This document shows, piece after piece, positions 21,320 through 35,200 of a DNA stretch of 64,000 nt. This stretch comes from Octopus bimaculoides (Eukaryota): positions 17,881,382 through 17,945,381 of the forward strand of contig NC_068981.1 in the NCBI RefSeq assembly GCF_001194135.2, given 5' to 3'. Every line of letters begins with the position of its first letter. Within the stretch, counting starts at the first letter, position 1. Position numbers and translations under genes: made by a program. The notes under the pieces are model-generated. The model worked only from the letters and a program-made list of their open reading frames with translations. It was not told the origin of the DNA and did no database searches.

Positions 21320-24300
21320 TTTCAACTAAAGACAAAAAAAAAACACACATTACAATTATAACACAGATATCATAATCTTCATTCCATATACCATCCAATA
21401 CTGTGAACATATTTCTGAGATTACCAGACCCACCTGCAACCTCAAAACAAAGCATATGGTTTATAAGAATGTGACAAATTCCCTATTGATGTTACACAGA
21501 AACATCAGTGACAGTAGTTATGCGATTATTACATATAACTGCAGTTATGAGATGAACAAATTAATTCTTTTACACAAGACACAAAAGTTGATTTGAAAGC
21601 TATTCTCCTTTGTTCCCTGTTACTCAGTTTCTGTGACTTGCTTAAGAACCAAGAGAAGTGAAAAAAAAAAGATATCACTGTATTAAATTGATCTTAACCC
21701 TTTAGCTTTCAGATTATTCTGTCAAATGTAATGCTTATTTATTCATATTGTTCTGAATTAATTATGCTTTATCATGTAGATTTGAGATTTTCATGATGTA
21801 TTTATTTCTAGAATGAAATTATAGGGGAGATGGGAGAGGCTGGATCTGGCCAATTTGAACATAAAACAGGTAGAATAATTTGGCAGGATATGGCCAGCTT
21901 GAATGCTAAGGGTTACTGGACACGAACTCAGCTTGTGAAGACTTATTGGGGCAAGAGAAAGCGAAATCGGGATGGCACCTGTACCCAGCGTCACCTTTCT
22001 GGCACTTGTGCCCGTGGCATGTGTAAGGACTTTCGAGCGAGATCGTTGCCAGTGTCGCTGGACTGGCTCTTGTGCAGGTAGCACGTAAAATACACCATTT
22101 TGAACGTGGCCGTTGCCAGTACCACCTGACTGGCCTTCGTGCCGGTGGCACGTAAAAGCACCCACTACACTCTCGGAGTGGTTGGCGTTAGGAAGGGCAT
22201 CCAGCTGTAGAAACTCTGCTGATTGGAGCCTGATGTTGCCATCCAGTTTCACCAGTCCTCAGTCAAATCGTCCAACCCATGCTAGCATCGAAAGCGGACG
22301 TTAAACGATGATGATGAATTCTGTGCAAAACATGGTCAAACATATCTCTTCTTGCACTCTTTAACTGGCTGTCTCCTTTACAGCAGCACACCTATTTCTA
22401 TTCTCTTTCTCATTAACTCTGTCTCTCTCCCCTGGGTAACCGTGTATCTCCTCTTCAGCAGCACACCTGTTTCTGCCCTCGTTCTTGATCACTCTCTCTC
22501 TCTCCTCTTGCTCTTCCCTCCGGCTGCATAACCATCTATCTCCTTTACAGCAGCACACCTCTTCCTACCTTCTTTCTTGTCAACTCTTCTCTAGCCGGGT
22601 AACCATTATCTCTCTGTCACACTCTAACCATTCATCATCTGACACAAGATCACCCCCTCCCCTCTCAAAGATTCCTTGTCTTGCAAAGTTACTTGGTGAC
22701 CCTGCCAAACGGCTGGTGTCACTTAAAAAGCATCCAGTTCACATTGTAAAGTGGTTGGCATTTGGAAGGGCATCCAGCTGTAAAAACTATGCCAAAATTG
22801 ACCTTGCCTGTGTTGGTGCCACGTAAAAAACCATCAGCCCACTCTGTGGGGTGGTTGGTGTTAGGAAGAGCATCCAGCCGAAAAAACTTCCAAAACAGAC
22901 ACAGAAGAATGGTGCAGGCTTCCACCTGGCCAGCATGGAAGGAGGACATTAAACGATGATGATGATGCTGTTCTAGTGTCTGAAAAATGGCAACAGTCTG
23001 ATGTCTTATATTACTCTCTAGAGTAGTTTTTTTCTTTTCCTTTCATTATATTGCTTATGTCTTCAATGATTTTCCAACCAGTGCCATAAACTAATTGAGA
23101 TAGAGATTTGAGAAATTTGATAGTTTTGGGGTTTTGCCCTTATGGGTCTCCTAAGCGACCTTTATATTCTATTCTATTCTAAAAAAAAAAAACTTACTTC
23201 CCACCAAAACAGCTGTTGTGAATTTGGAATTCCATTTGTGTTCTTTTATACATTCACTATATTCTGGGAATCATCCCTGAGTTGGATCTACAGTTTGTAT
23301 GAATTAGGTACCTATGTGTATGTATACATTTACCTATATGTACTTATATAGCATCAAGTCAACGAAGGCTTTGTAAGTAAAACTGAGTAGAAACAAACTT
23401 TGTGAAGCNNNNNNNNNNNNNNNNNNNNNNNNNNNNNNNNNNNNNNNNNNNNNNNNNNNNNNNNNNNNNNNNNNNNNNNNNNNNNNNNNNNNNNNNNNNN
23501 NNNNNNNNNNNNNNNNNNNNNNNNNNNNNNNNNNNNNNNNNNNNNNNNNNNNNNNNNNNNNNNNNNNNNNNNNNNNNNNNNNNNNNNNNNNNNNNNNNNN
23601 NNNNNNNNNNNNNNNNNNNNNNNNNNNNNNNNNNNNNNNNNNNNNNNNNNNNNNNNNNNNNNNNNNNNNNNNNNNNNNNNNNNNNNNNNNNNNNNNNNNN
23701 NNNNNNNNNNNNNNNNNNNNNNNNNNNNNNNNNNNNNNNNNNNNNNGGGGGGGGGGGGAATGTCAGATCATTTTTTCCACACACACGACTTTATTTCCAC
23801 CAAATTCCGAAAGTTTAGAGTCTTCGAAATTTTTTTTTCTCCACATTTGTTTGAAATATCAACATTACGTAATATACATTCTTGAAAAAAATATATCCCT
23901 GTAAAATTTCATTTAAAAAAGTTAAGAAACAAATTCAGGAGAGGCAGGGGAAAGGGTTCAAAACTCCTCCCTAATTAAAAAAAATAAAACGTTATCATAA
24001 TCGTAATGTCTGCCCCCGAAAACACTTTGCAAAAATTTTATTAAAATATATGCATTTTTCATGAAGTCATGAAAAAACAAATGTGCAAGGTAAGGGGCAC
24101 TAAACTGTAGTTATGTCAAGCTGATTCTGCATGACGAATTACGTTAAAAGGACAAGCGTTCTGTCAAATACTTCACCTCTTACATTATATTTGTATGAGT
24201 AGGCAGTTCAACAAATTGAATAGATAGAATTATCGTTGAAAGCGACAGAAATTCACTTTTAACTAGTTTGAATATGTAAAAAGTGCGACTGTGTGCGTAT

Positions 24301-24945
24301 TAGTGCGAGTATCAACCATTGCTGAGTTTGTAAGCGTGTAAATATATTTAACAAAAGTTCTGATTCTGTTGTGTCCTAGTTTCAAGTTAACACTGCACCC
24401 AACCAGTATACTCCCGTGTTGTTGTTGTTTATTTAGCCGTAGGTCAGCTCTGATCGAAGATATTTGATCCAAAGCATTCCAGCTGTGACCATCCCGTATT
24501 TCAAAGAATATTTATTAAGATGATAGGGTTTGAAGGAAATTTGGCCGTTTTCCTTGTAGGTTGAGCGACCACGAAGAAAAACAATCTTAGATTGTTTCTG
24601 AAGTTAGCATAAATCAACGATCTGTTAACTCCAGCCAACGATCTATAGATACTGCCTACTATGATGCACGTAACCTTAAATCTTCATAATTTCTATTGTT
24701 AAAAAAGGTCAACTGTATCTAGAATTAAAGTCAGTGAAATTCTTCCCTCAGACAGTCGCAAGACAAATATATTTATTATATACACCCATTTAATTGTACA
24801 GCGGAAATCAGAGAACTCGGAATCCCTTCTTCACCCTGTTCTCAAAGCATCCTTCTTACTTGTCTCTTAAGACATGTAATAGAAAGAAATGAACAGAAAA
24901 CGGCACAGATTTGAGAGGCGTACAATAATCTAAGAAAAAAAAAAA

Positions 24946-25348
24946 TGGTCCAGATGGACTATATGTAATCTGAACCTTTCCCCCCTTATTTTTTTTTTTT
25001 ACGGAATCCCACGTTTTAGGCTATGAAGATTCCGATTCTGAAAAAAATTTTAAAAAATCTCAATTTCAAAATTTCGATTCCTCCCCCGCCCCGGTTTTTA
25101 TATAGATCCACAGGGTAAACCTAACCCTAACCGTAACCCTGACCCTAACCCTAACACTAGTTTTGTGAGATTTGGCTGTTATTTCTAGCATGTAAATAGC
25201 CTGCTTGGTGGGGGGGGGGTTGAAATTTTTCAAACAATTTTTTTTCAGAATCGGAATCCCCATAGCCTAAAACGTGGGATTCCGTAAAAAAATTAATAAA
25301 TAAGCGGGGGCGGGGTAGGTTCAGATCACATATAGTCCGTCTCCGCCA
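24946..25348. mobile_element. MITE with ~115-bp terminal inverted repeats and an internal (CCCTAA)n-like tract
   Basis: 24952-~25067 is the near reverse complement of ~25221-25342; cctaaccctaaccgtaaccctgaccctaaccctaac at ~25120-25155. Confidence 0.75.
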
Positions 25349-25812
25349 AAAAAATGATTTTGTTTCTTCTGGACAAAGTTCTTTCATGGAAAGAAACAAC
25401 CAAGCTTTTTTCCTTTCCTATGAAGTACTGATAGCTTTCCAAAAGTCCGCCGATCAGATTACGCCTGTCTCATGAGACGGACACAAACTAATAAATTATT
25501 AATCTTTTATTTGTTTATGTATTTCTTAATATTTAATCAGATGTAACTAATAGGAAAGTGTGGGTGGATGATATAAACAGTTGTAATATATATATGATGG
25601 GTGTGAGGGAAAGTGGAGTTGACATGTAAATATAAACACATAGATGAAGTTTGAGCCTGACGAATCATTTAACGTATGTTTCTGCGAATAAAAGCAGGTT
25701 CAAAAGTAGAATTATAGAGCAAATGTTATTACCTGAGAATATGTTGGAGAATGACAAACGTAGAAGAGATATTAGAAAGGAGAAATGAACACAGACTTAA
25801 GTTAGTTGGATA

Positions 25813-25821
25813 TCCCGCCAA
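25813..25821 (-). promoter_or_regulatory. Candidate E2F site (TTGGCGGGA) next to a putative RAD51 5'UTR exon (donor CAG|GTAATA after 25733)
   Basis: Motif match upstream of RAD51; RAD51 needs a non-coding first exon because an acceptor lies 6 nt before its ATG. Confidence 0.35.
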
Positions 25822-27599
25822 TATACTTCGTGTAGAGCTGTCGGTTTTAGTTTCGGATGTTTCATGGGACCTTCAAAGAAATCTACAAGATTTCTTGTTT
25901 TCTAAATTGTTTGATAGGAATAAATTGTATACATGTGAATAAATATATGCAAGCAAATAAAAATGATGAGAGAAAATATCTTTTTAACTAAAATCCCACG
26001 CATTTAATTTCAATTACCATGACTTTAAATGAGACGAAAATTATCTTGTTTAAAAAATGTCAACTATTGAAACATAATTAATATTTTCTTTCCTGTTAAG
26101 TTTTCTGACAGATTTTCAAATAAGAGCTAAACTTTTCTAGTTGTATATTTCATATTTTGCGTTTCTGCTTATACGAAAGTTCAGGTGTTAACTGTTCATG
26201 ACAGACATTATGTTACAACTGAATGTATTTGCTGTTATTTGGGGAACTTAACACGTTTTCTTAAAGCAACACAATTTTTTAAAAAGAATCATTATTTGAG
26301 ATATGCTAGTTCATGTAAAGAGAAATATCTTACATTTCTGGGACAATGTTTTTCCCTAACATTCAGCTGAAGATAAACTAAAAACGGCTATGGGCACAAT
26401 CACATCTTAGACTGATGGGGGAATGAATTATGTAAGATTACTTATTCCATTCGCCAGTGATTTCCTCACTTTCTTTCTTAGTCTGAGGAGATGAAGCACT
26501 GCCTATTGAATACTATGATACAATGGGAGATAGAAATATTCTGGTGAGGGCGATCCTTGAGTTTAGAACATCTTTTTTACTTTTAACAATCACTTAAACT
26601 GAAAATGATGCTCTAAATTCAAGCTGAATCATTATTGTAAGTGGTCAGAAAAACAGAGAATGAAAGTTTTTGAAAGATATTATTTTGGTGGAGGTAAAGC
26701 GTTTACATCCCTCCTCCCTCCACATTTTTTTTTTTTTCAAAAATTTATTCTGGTTCCTATATTTTCGATATAGGAGATTACGATTTTGCAAAAAAAAAAA
26801 AAAAAAANNNNNNNNNNNNNNNNNNNNNNNNNNNNNNNNNNNNNNNNNNNNNNNNNNNNNNNNNNNNNNNNNNNNNNNNNNNNNNNNNNNNNNNNNNNNN
26901 NNNNNNNNNNNNNNNNNNNNNNNNNNNNNNNNNNNNNNNNNNNNNNNNNNNNNNNNNNNNNNNNNNNNNNNNNNNNNNNNNNNNNNNNNNNNNNNNNNNN
27001 NNNNNNNNNNNNNNNNNNNNNNNNNNNNNNNNNNNNNNNNNNNNNNNNNNNNNNNNNNNNNNNNNNNNNNNNNNNNNNNNNNNNNNNNNNNNNNNNNNNN
27101 NNNNNNNNNNNNNNNNNNNNNNNNNNNTATATCGAAGATTAGGCTTTTAAACATGTTCATTACAAACACGAATTACAAAATAAAAAAAGTTCATCTCAAT
27201 TGGAGTTGAGCTGAAAACATAGGAACCTAAAGAAATTTTTAAAAAAACCCAAAACGCGGAAGTGGGTGTGGGTGTATGTGTAAACGTTTTACCTCTGCCA
27301 TAATTTTCTGGATAAGTTGTTATTTAACAATTGCATCGTGGAAGATGTTTATAAGCCATTTAAAATAACACAAAAGCCGTGAGATTCACTTCAACATTTA
27401 AATTTAATTTGTCAAAATATTTTCGACGCTTTGAGACCGCGACCTGTTCGCTGACAAAATTCTGTGCTACCTTACAGATAAAGCAGAACTATAATAAAAA
27501 TTTTAACTGACCAAGGTTACATTAGTTGTATGCTAACTATTTCTGGTAACACACATGCTTCACTCCTGACTTATGAAAAAGTAACTTAGGTGCTTGAAC

Positions 27600-28146
27600 A
27601 ATCCTGTCCAGTATGTCTTCTAGATTCCACATGGATGCCAAACCCTATGGGCCCAAATCAATCAAATGATTCACTCATAGCTATATCATAACAGTTCCAG
27701 CAAAAAACACTGCCTTGGAGAATACCATCTATCACTACAAAACAGGATGGCTCTTATCAGACATCACAACTTCTTCAAGACTATTTTCCAAACTGCAAAT
27801 GATGCCTCCATGCGTCACACAGCCCTCAAGCTATCTCACTTCCAAAACTGCAGCTGATTCCTTTGGTCTCTTTTCAAGAGGAATTCTGCCAATTTTGTGG
27901 AATTCTTTCCCCAACTTCAAACACAATAGTTCTCTGTGCAGTATTGTCAAGAGGAGTGCCTCTGTATTCATTGCTTACTTTGTATCCAACTTCTCGTCGA
28001 TGTATGCTAGATGAATCTTCTCCAAAACTATCCCCATCCTTTCCATCATTCTCACATACATGGCAAGTTCAAAATACTTTAAGTCACTTCAAAATCATTA
28101 ATGCCACTGGTCTTGACAAAGTCCCATATCCTCAAGCAATGCACTC
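27600..28146 (+). mobile_element. Degenerate CR1/L2-like ORF2 relic, truncated by the Tx1-like insertion
   Basis: KIINATGLDKVP resembles the KAxGPDxIP motif preceding RT; the frame is broken. Confidence 0.5.
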
Positions 28147-29233
28147 TATAGTCCCTCCGTTCGTCAGGCATGATTTTCCGCAGCTCGTTTCTTTAACAAA
28201 GATGCAATCCTGGATCAAACATAGACCGAGAAGGGCGCTTGGCACCTCGAGTGCTGCCAAGCTCTCACCGCCCTCATTCAGGTGGGCAATGCGATCGGTA
28301 GAAGCTCCACTCTAGCATTCTATAGAGGGTTAGTGGAGGAAAAGTGCGACAACGTTCTTGGGGAAACTCTAGGCGTCAAAGATAATCAGTTAAACAGTCT
28401 GTTCAGAAGAACTTTCGGGCCGGGGCCCATGGATAATTTCCAAAGGACCCTCGCCTGGCAGTGCTACCAAGGGGCGCTGCCTGTTCGAGATAAACTCTAC
28501 CGCCACGGAAGTGCCGTCAGCCGGGCCTGCCCGAGGTGCGCTCAGGATAACGAAACCATTCTCCACGCACTCATCCAGTGCCTGAGTATTGCTGACCTGT
28601 GGGTTTATGTCGAACAGCTACTGTCACGTGTTGCACGGATCCGGCTATCAGCTGAATCCATTGTGAAGATTGACCTGCCGACCTCCTTTAACTGGGAGGG
28701 CAAGGCAATTTTCCTATGTCTAGTGGCTGTAGCGAAAGAGGTGGTATGGTGGACCCGTTTGAAAAGGGCTAAAGTCAGACACTTTCCTCTTTGGCCAAGG
28801 CCTCATCAACTTTTTCAAGTTACACTTGAAAAGGAAGATGAGAGAAGAGAGGAAAGTGCTGTCTCGTAGAAAATTTGTTGAAAGGTGGGTGACTGTTGGA
28901 AGAATGGCCAGTATAAACAGACCAATTCTGAGAATACACCTGTAGAAAAAGGTAATGTAAAAGGAGAAAGGGCTCTATACCCCTTTCTTATTTTTCTGAT
29001 CAGGCTCCTGTGGCTTTTATGGGCTTTTCCATGTGTAACCTTTCAAAGTGCCTCCCCCTATTGGGAGTTTTATTTGTTATATCTTTCTGTTTTTCTATTG
29101 TTTACACGAACGTTTTCTTTTCGGACAAAACCCTTTGTAACCTTCGTCCTGTCTATGTCCTTACATGTTTTAAATTTATATTAGCCCTTGTGGCCAATGA
29201 AACAGAATTAATTATTATTATTATTATTATTAT
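28147..29233 (+). mobile_element. 5'-truncated L1/Tx1-like LINE 3' end (zf-RVT region, 3'UTR, (ATT)n tail)
   Basis: ORF 28282-28869: LAWQCYQGALPVRDKLYRHG...CPRCAQDNETILHALIQC (CxxC...HxxxxC). Confidence 0.8.
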
Positions 29234-29581
29234 TTTGGTTCATCTGGAAAATAACCACAAGTTTTGATATTTAGAACTTCTTTTATGGGTCAAAGATGAT
29301 TGATTTAATCTAAGATGAAATTTGAAAAAGTCACTCAGTCAATTCCTGTAATTAATTGCCAGAATGATTCCTCAACCATTCAATAACCTACCATGTTTCC
29401 ATAGAATCCAATCAATAACTTACTTTTTACCAAATGGAATTAGTTGATTCCAAGAAATTTGTAAATTTGTTGTTGTTGTTTTTGTTGATGTTTACTTTTA
29501 TTTTGTGTGAGAAACATTCACCCAAAATATTTTATACTAAACATAGAATAACAAATGGTATTAATGATGCTATTATTGTTG

Positions 29582-29584
<3 letters not shown>

Positions 29585-29648
<64 letters not shown>

Positions 29649-29660
29649 TAATAATAATAA
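29585..29660 (+). repeat. (AAT)n microsatellite (others: (ATT)n 961-993, (AAT)n ~29838-29865, (TA)n/(TG)n ~31655-31740 and 55071-55145)
   Basis: Directly visible. Confidence 0.9.
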
Positions 29661-31461
29661 TAGTGGAACAAATAGGGGCTGCAATAAGGGTGGAGCACTT
29701 GCCGAAAACTGCACTGCTTGGAACTGCTTGAATACTCCGGAAGGTGCTCGAAAAATAAGAGGTGTTACCTTAGTTCACTGGTAGTGAACAGCTGACACTG
29801 TAGTACATCTCCAGCGTTAGAAGCTGTGCAAAGGCAATAATAATAATAATAATAATAATAATAATCATCATCAGCATCATCATCGTTTAACGTCCGCTTT
29901 CCATGCTAGCATGGGTTGGACGATTTGACTGAGGACTGGTGAAACTGGATGGCAACACCAGGCTCCAATCTGATTTGGCAGAGTTTCTACAGCTGGATGC
30001 CCTTCCTAACGCCAACCACTCAGAGAGTGTAGTGGGTGCTTTTACGTGTCACCCGCACGAAGGCCAGACAGGCGGTACTGGCAATGGCCACGCTCAAAAT
30101 GGTGTATTTTATGTGCCACCCGCACAAGAGCCAGTCCAGGGGTACTGGCAACGATGTCGCTCGAAAATCCTTACACATGTCACGGGCACAAGTGCCAGAA
30201 AGGCGACGCTGGGCACAGGTGCTATCCCGATTTCGCTTTCGCTTGCCCCAATAAGTCTTCGCAAGCTGAGTTTCGTGTCCAATGAAGGAGACGACGTTGG
30301 CACGGGTGCCAGTCGTCGAATTTAGTTCGATTGGTGCCAGTCGTCGAATTTTAATAATAATAATAACAACAGCAACAGCAACAATAATAGCAATAACAAC
30401 AACAATAATAATAATAACAATAATAATAATAATCTAGTGAAAGCTGTTCTGATACCACAAAACGAAAAAGGCACCCGTTAAATTTTGTAAAGTGATTGGT
30501 GTTAGGGTAACCAGGCATAGAAGCTCCTGGTTTGTCAGATCCTGTAGAACCATCCATCACATGCAGCTAGGAATACGGATGTTAAATGATGAAGGCACTG
30601 GTGATGAAGATGATGATGATGACTGTGTATGTCAACTGTTCAGTACAGTTCTATAATTTCTTTTTTAATAATTTGGACTGAAGAAACGAATTATCAGAGA
30701 GCCACTGTAGGCTTTCTGATGCTGGTCCTTGTGAAAGAAGGCTGTTCAGTCTGGAAGAGTAGGAGGAAATGATTAAAATTTCTCACTTCTTCATCTCTGT
30801 ATGTGTCTGTGTATCATCATCATCATCATCATCGTTTAACGTCCGCTTTCCATGCTAGCATGGGTTGGACGATTTGACTGTGGACTGGTGAAACCGGATG
30901 GCAACACCAGGCTCCAATCTGATTTGGCAGAGTTTCTACAGCTGGATGCCCTTCCTAACACCAACCACTCAGAAAGTGTAGTGGGTGCTTTTACATGTCA
31001 CCCATATCTATATCTATCTATCTATCTATCTAAATATATACATATATATATATTGTTGTTGTTGTTGTTTGTTCCTTCTCGAACCATGCCTCGCTCATAA
31101 GGGCCAGTTTCTTGGTTTCATTGGCGTATAGGTTCCCCACCTGGATGGGACGCTAGTCTGTCACAGGTGAGTGGATAGATGGAAGAGGAAAGAGTGAGAG
31201 AAAGTTGTGGGGCAAGAGTCAGCAGAAGTTCGGTATTACCTTCTAAAAATAGGATAAAATCTTTATAAGAATTTATCAAGTAGTTAGCGTGAAAAACCTC
31301 ATAAGGGAAAAATTTATTAATTATTCTCTTTAAATACATTTATTTATATATATTAAGGTGGAGCCTGGTGTTGCCATCCGGTTTCACCAGTCCTCAGTCA
31401 AATCGTCCAACCCATGCTAGCATGGAAAGCGGACGTTAAACGATGATGATGATGATGATAA

Positions 31462-31642
31462 GGGCATTACTATAAATGCCTCATGCTAGGAGGGACACTT
31501 AAAGTCAGAATTACCATACAGCTGACAAAAGAGTGACCAGTTGCTATGCTGTGACAATGAAATTCAGTACAATGTGTTTATTATGGTAGTTTTGACTTTA
31601 AGAGTCCCTCCTAGTGTGGGGCATTTATGTATAGTAATGCCC
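31462..31642. mobile_element. MITE with ~58-bp TIRs and (T/A)TAA flanks
   Basis: gggcattactata...ttaaagtcagaattaccata vs tatggtagttttgactttaa...tagtaatgccc. Confidence 0.7.
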
Positions 31643-31694
31643 TTAATATATAAATATATATGTGTGTGTGTGTGTGTGTATGTATGTATATATA

Positions 31695-31741
<47 letters not shown>

Positions 31742-32120
31742 GTATCTATAAAAGCACACACACTCACACATTTGTGTGTATGTATATATGAACCTTATAT
31801 ACTATGATTATATTAGTATGTATAATTGTATATTTGAGTAGGTGTTTAGATGTATGTAAGCCAAACTGAAATATTGATACAATACTACACCACCCATCTC
31901 ACCTTCCCTATCATATTCTTCCAACAGATATCTATTGAATTCTTCTGATTCCTTGTTACCAAAGTTGAGGCGTGGTCTTACTTTTACACTAGATTCTTTT
32001 ATTTTGTATTATTGTTGTGGATTTTTTAAATAATTGCTGCTGTTCTTCCTCTTCTGTGGATATCCACTGGAAGTAGTGACATGTATATAAAAGTTGTTGC
32101 TGACAGATGATTCTTCACAG

Positions 32121-32237
32121 TGTTACCAAAGTCTGAGCAAGTTCAACAAGCTAAGTGGAAGAGAACTGGCATAGCAACTAGTCACCCTTTTATCACCTGT
32201 ATTTGCTCAAGAGATGAATCTGATGATATACAGCAAG
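32121..32237 (+). CDS. Probable 5'UTR/start exon of the EH-like gene (ATG 32214, MNLMIYSK)
   Basis: ttcttcacag acceptor, consensus AAG|GTAAGT donor, first ATG in the exon, phase 0. Confidence 0.55.
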
Positions 32238-35200
32238 GTAAGTTACACCTTACCAGCTCTTTTTCTCCCTATCACCTGTTCACTCATTATATATATTTTT
32301 TATTATAGGCACACATGCACCTTTTCTGACAAACATATAGAAACCTTATATACACAAACATACAGAAACATATATACAGCAGGGGAGGAGTCTCTATAGA
32401 TGAACATTCTGGAACTCTGTTCATTAACCAAATTGTTTGTTACATGATTAATTGAAATACATATCATATCAATAGGGGTTATCCATTCCAAGCCAAACCC
32501 AGACTCCATGATGAAGACCTGAAATGGTGTTTATTTGTCCATCCATTGATAGCAAAGATGTAAATATATACATATATGAGAGGGTGTTGAAAAGTTCCAG
32601 GAGGATCAGTTAATTATGATTTTATTGAACATATTTGTCAGTCCTCAGTCAAATTATCCAACCCATGCTAGCATGGGAAGGCGGACGTTAAACGATGACG
32701 ATGATGATGATGATGATGATGGTTCCCCTCTCAGATTCACATACTTATTGCAGCCGTCCTTTGGTTTTTTTCTAAGCCCTGTAAAAGAACTCAGAAGATT
32801 AGGCCTCTGACCAGGTCTTTTGTGATACCCTTAAAGCCAGGATCTTTTTTAGCACCCCCTCATATGTGTGTGTGCATTTTTCCCTTTGTCTTGCATCTGG
32901 TGATCTACAGTTATGAGAAATATTATGAGAGAAAATATGAGAAATATTATTTCCTATATAAAATACGGAAATTTGTAAGTTACATGAAATCACACATGGA
33001 TGTTTATGTCTCATTTGCATGCACTCTTCCAGGCATTTATATGATTGCATAGTCTGCTCATTGCTTGCAGTTCAAATTCCTGCTCATTAATTGAATATAA
33101 TTTTCATCAGAGTAACTGTTGGTTACACAATTTGTTCATATAGTATAACATTCACATATGCTCTCCCAACACATATACACACGCATAATCTACTTGTGGC
33201 TTGTGTTCAAATTTCAGCCTCACTATGTGAATGAACTTTCATTTGCTTAGTGAGTTTGCTCATGGTTAGTTGATGAAGTTGCAACTCATTATGTAAGTTC
33301 AATTCTCTTCAGAAAATTGTTTGTTATTCAAGTTATTTGTTTAGAGAACCATTCTCTTATATGGGTACCCTGCTGTATTTTACACACACTGATGATAATT
33401 AGAACATTTTGTTATAGATTCTCTTGCATGATATTTACTCCATTGCATTTTTTAGTTCAAATATTAGTATCGTCAGCATTACTTTTCACTCTCTCATGGT
33501 CAACAATATACATACATACATATAATTTTGAAAATATCATGAATTAGATAAAACAGTTTTGCTATTACTAGCCATTTAGCATTCAAACCTGCCATAACAG
33601 GCCCAAATATTCTACCATTCTACCTGTTTATATTTAAACTGACCAAATCAGGCATCAGACGTTTACCTTATAATATCGTTCTAACAATAAACAGTCACAG
33701 CATCAAAATTCCAAAGCTATGAGACAATGCATGATTGATTTAAAAAATTCAAATAAATATTACATTTGACAGAGTAATCTGAATACTAAAGGGTTTAACT
33801 GGTGTTTGAAACACAAATTAACATGAAATTTTGATGCAATGTTTTAATTTAGATCAAATTAATTCATCATCATTGTTTAACATCCGCTTTCCATGCTAGC
33901 ATGGGTTGGACGATTTGACTGAGGACTGGCGAACCAGATGGCTGTACCAGGATCCAATCTGATTTGGCAGAGTTTCTACAGCTGGATGCCCTTCCTAATG
34001 CTAACCACTCCGAGAGTGTAGTGAGTGCTTTTATGTGCCACCGGCACGAGGGCCAGTCAGGTGGTACTGGCAATGGCCACGCTCAAAATGGTGTGTTTTA
34101 CATGCCATCTGCACAGGAGTCAGTCCAGCGGCACTGGCAATGACCTCACTTGAATGTCTTTTCACGTGCCAGTAAGGCGACGCTGGTAACAATCATGCTC
34201 AAATGGTGCTATTTATGTGTCACTGGCATGGAAGCCAGACCACAGCTGCTCTGGCAATGGTCATGCTTGCACGGTGCTGTTAGCGCTCAACTGGCACAGG
34301 TGCCAGTCATCGAATTTGGTTCAATCACAATTTCGATTTCACTTGCCCCAACAGGTCTTCGCAAGCCGAGTTTAGAGTCTAATGGAGAGGTTGGCATGGG
34401 TGCCAGAAAGTTTATATCATAAAACCAAGGGTATTTTCAGGTGGATTGACATAAGATCTTAAACCCTTTAGCATTCAGATTACTCAGTTAAATCTAATGC
34501 TTGTTTATTCACATTGTCTTTGAATTAATCATGAATTACCTTGTAACTTTGTGCTTTCAATGATGTGATTGTTTACATTTAGAATGACATTGTAGGGTAT
34601 GTGTGATAGGTTGGATCCAGCCAGTTTCAACATAAAACATGTTGAATATTGGCCAGATATGACTGGTTTAAATGCTAAAGGGTTAAACCAAAATTGGAGC
34701 ACTTTAAAATTGGAAGGTTTTGTTATTTTTTATTGCTTAAGATAAAAAGGGCAGTGCCAGGATCCTTTTAAGTGCCTCTGAGTTTGGTGGTAGAAGGGAG
34801 ATAGTTATTCTCAGAATGGAAAAATGTGGCCCAAATGCTTGTGAAAGAGCAAACTCTATCAGAAGGCATCCAATGACCAAGTGGTAGTGTTAAACAGAAC
34901 CAGAAGTGGCCTCAGGCAGGTCACTATTGAATGGGTTTATGTTGGCTTTATTTCTACTGTTATGTAGGTGCAGGAATGACTGTGTAGGTAAGAAGTTTCC
35001 CAACCATGTGGTCTTGGGTTCAGTCCACTGCATGGCATCTTGAGCACACACACACATATATATTGCAAAGGAACTTTGTCTTGCAAGTTACTTGGTGACC
35101 CTGCCGATGCTGGTGCCACTTAAAAAGCATCCTGTCCACACTGTAAAGTGGTTGGCATTTGGAAGGGCATCCAACTGTAAAAACCTTGCCAAAACTGACC

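Noticed and set aside
27380-27460. Minus-strand stem-loop followed by GAAA, resembling a hammerhead
   Set aside because: The CUGANGA core cannot be matched; too degenerate to claim.
33208-33292. Segment with an acceptor and a GTAAGT donor
   Set aside because: Stops in all three frames; splice-like words are common in AT-rich DNA.
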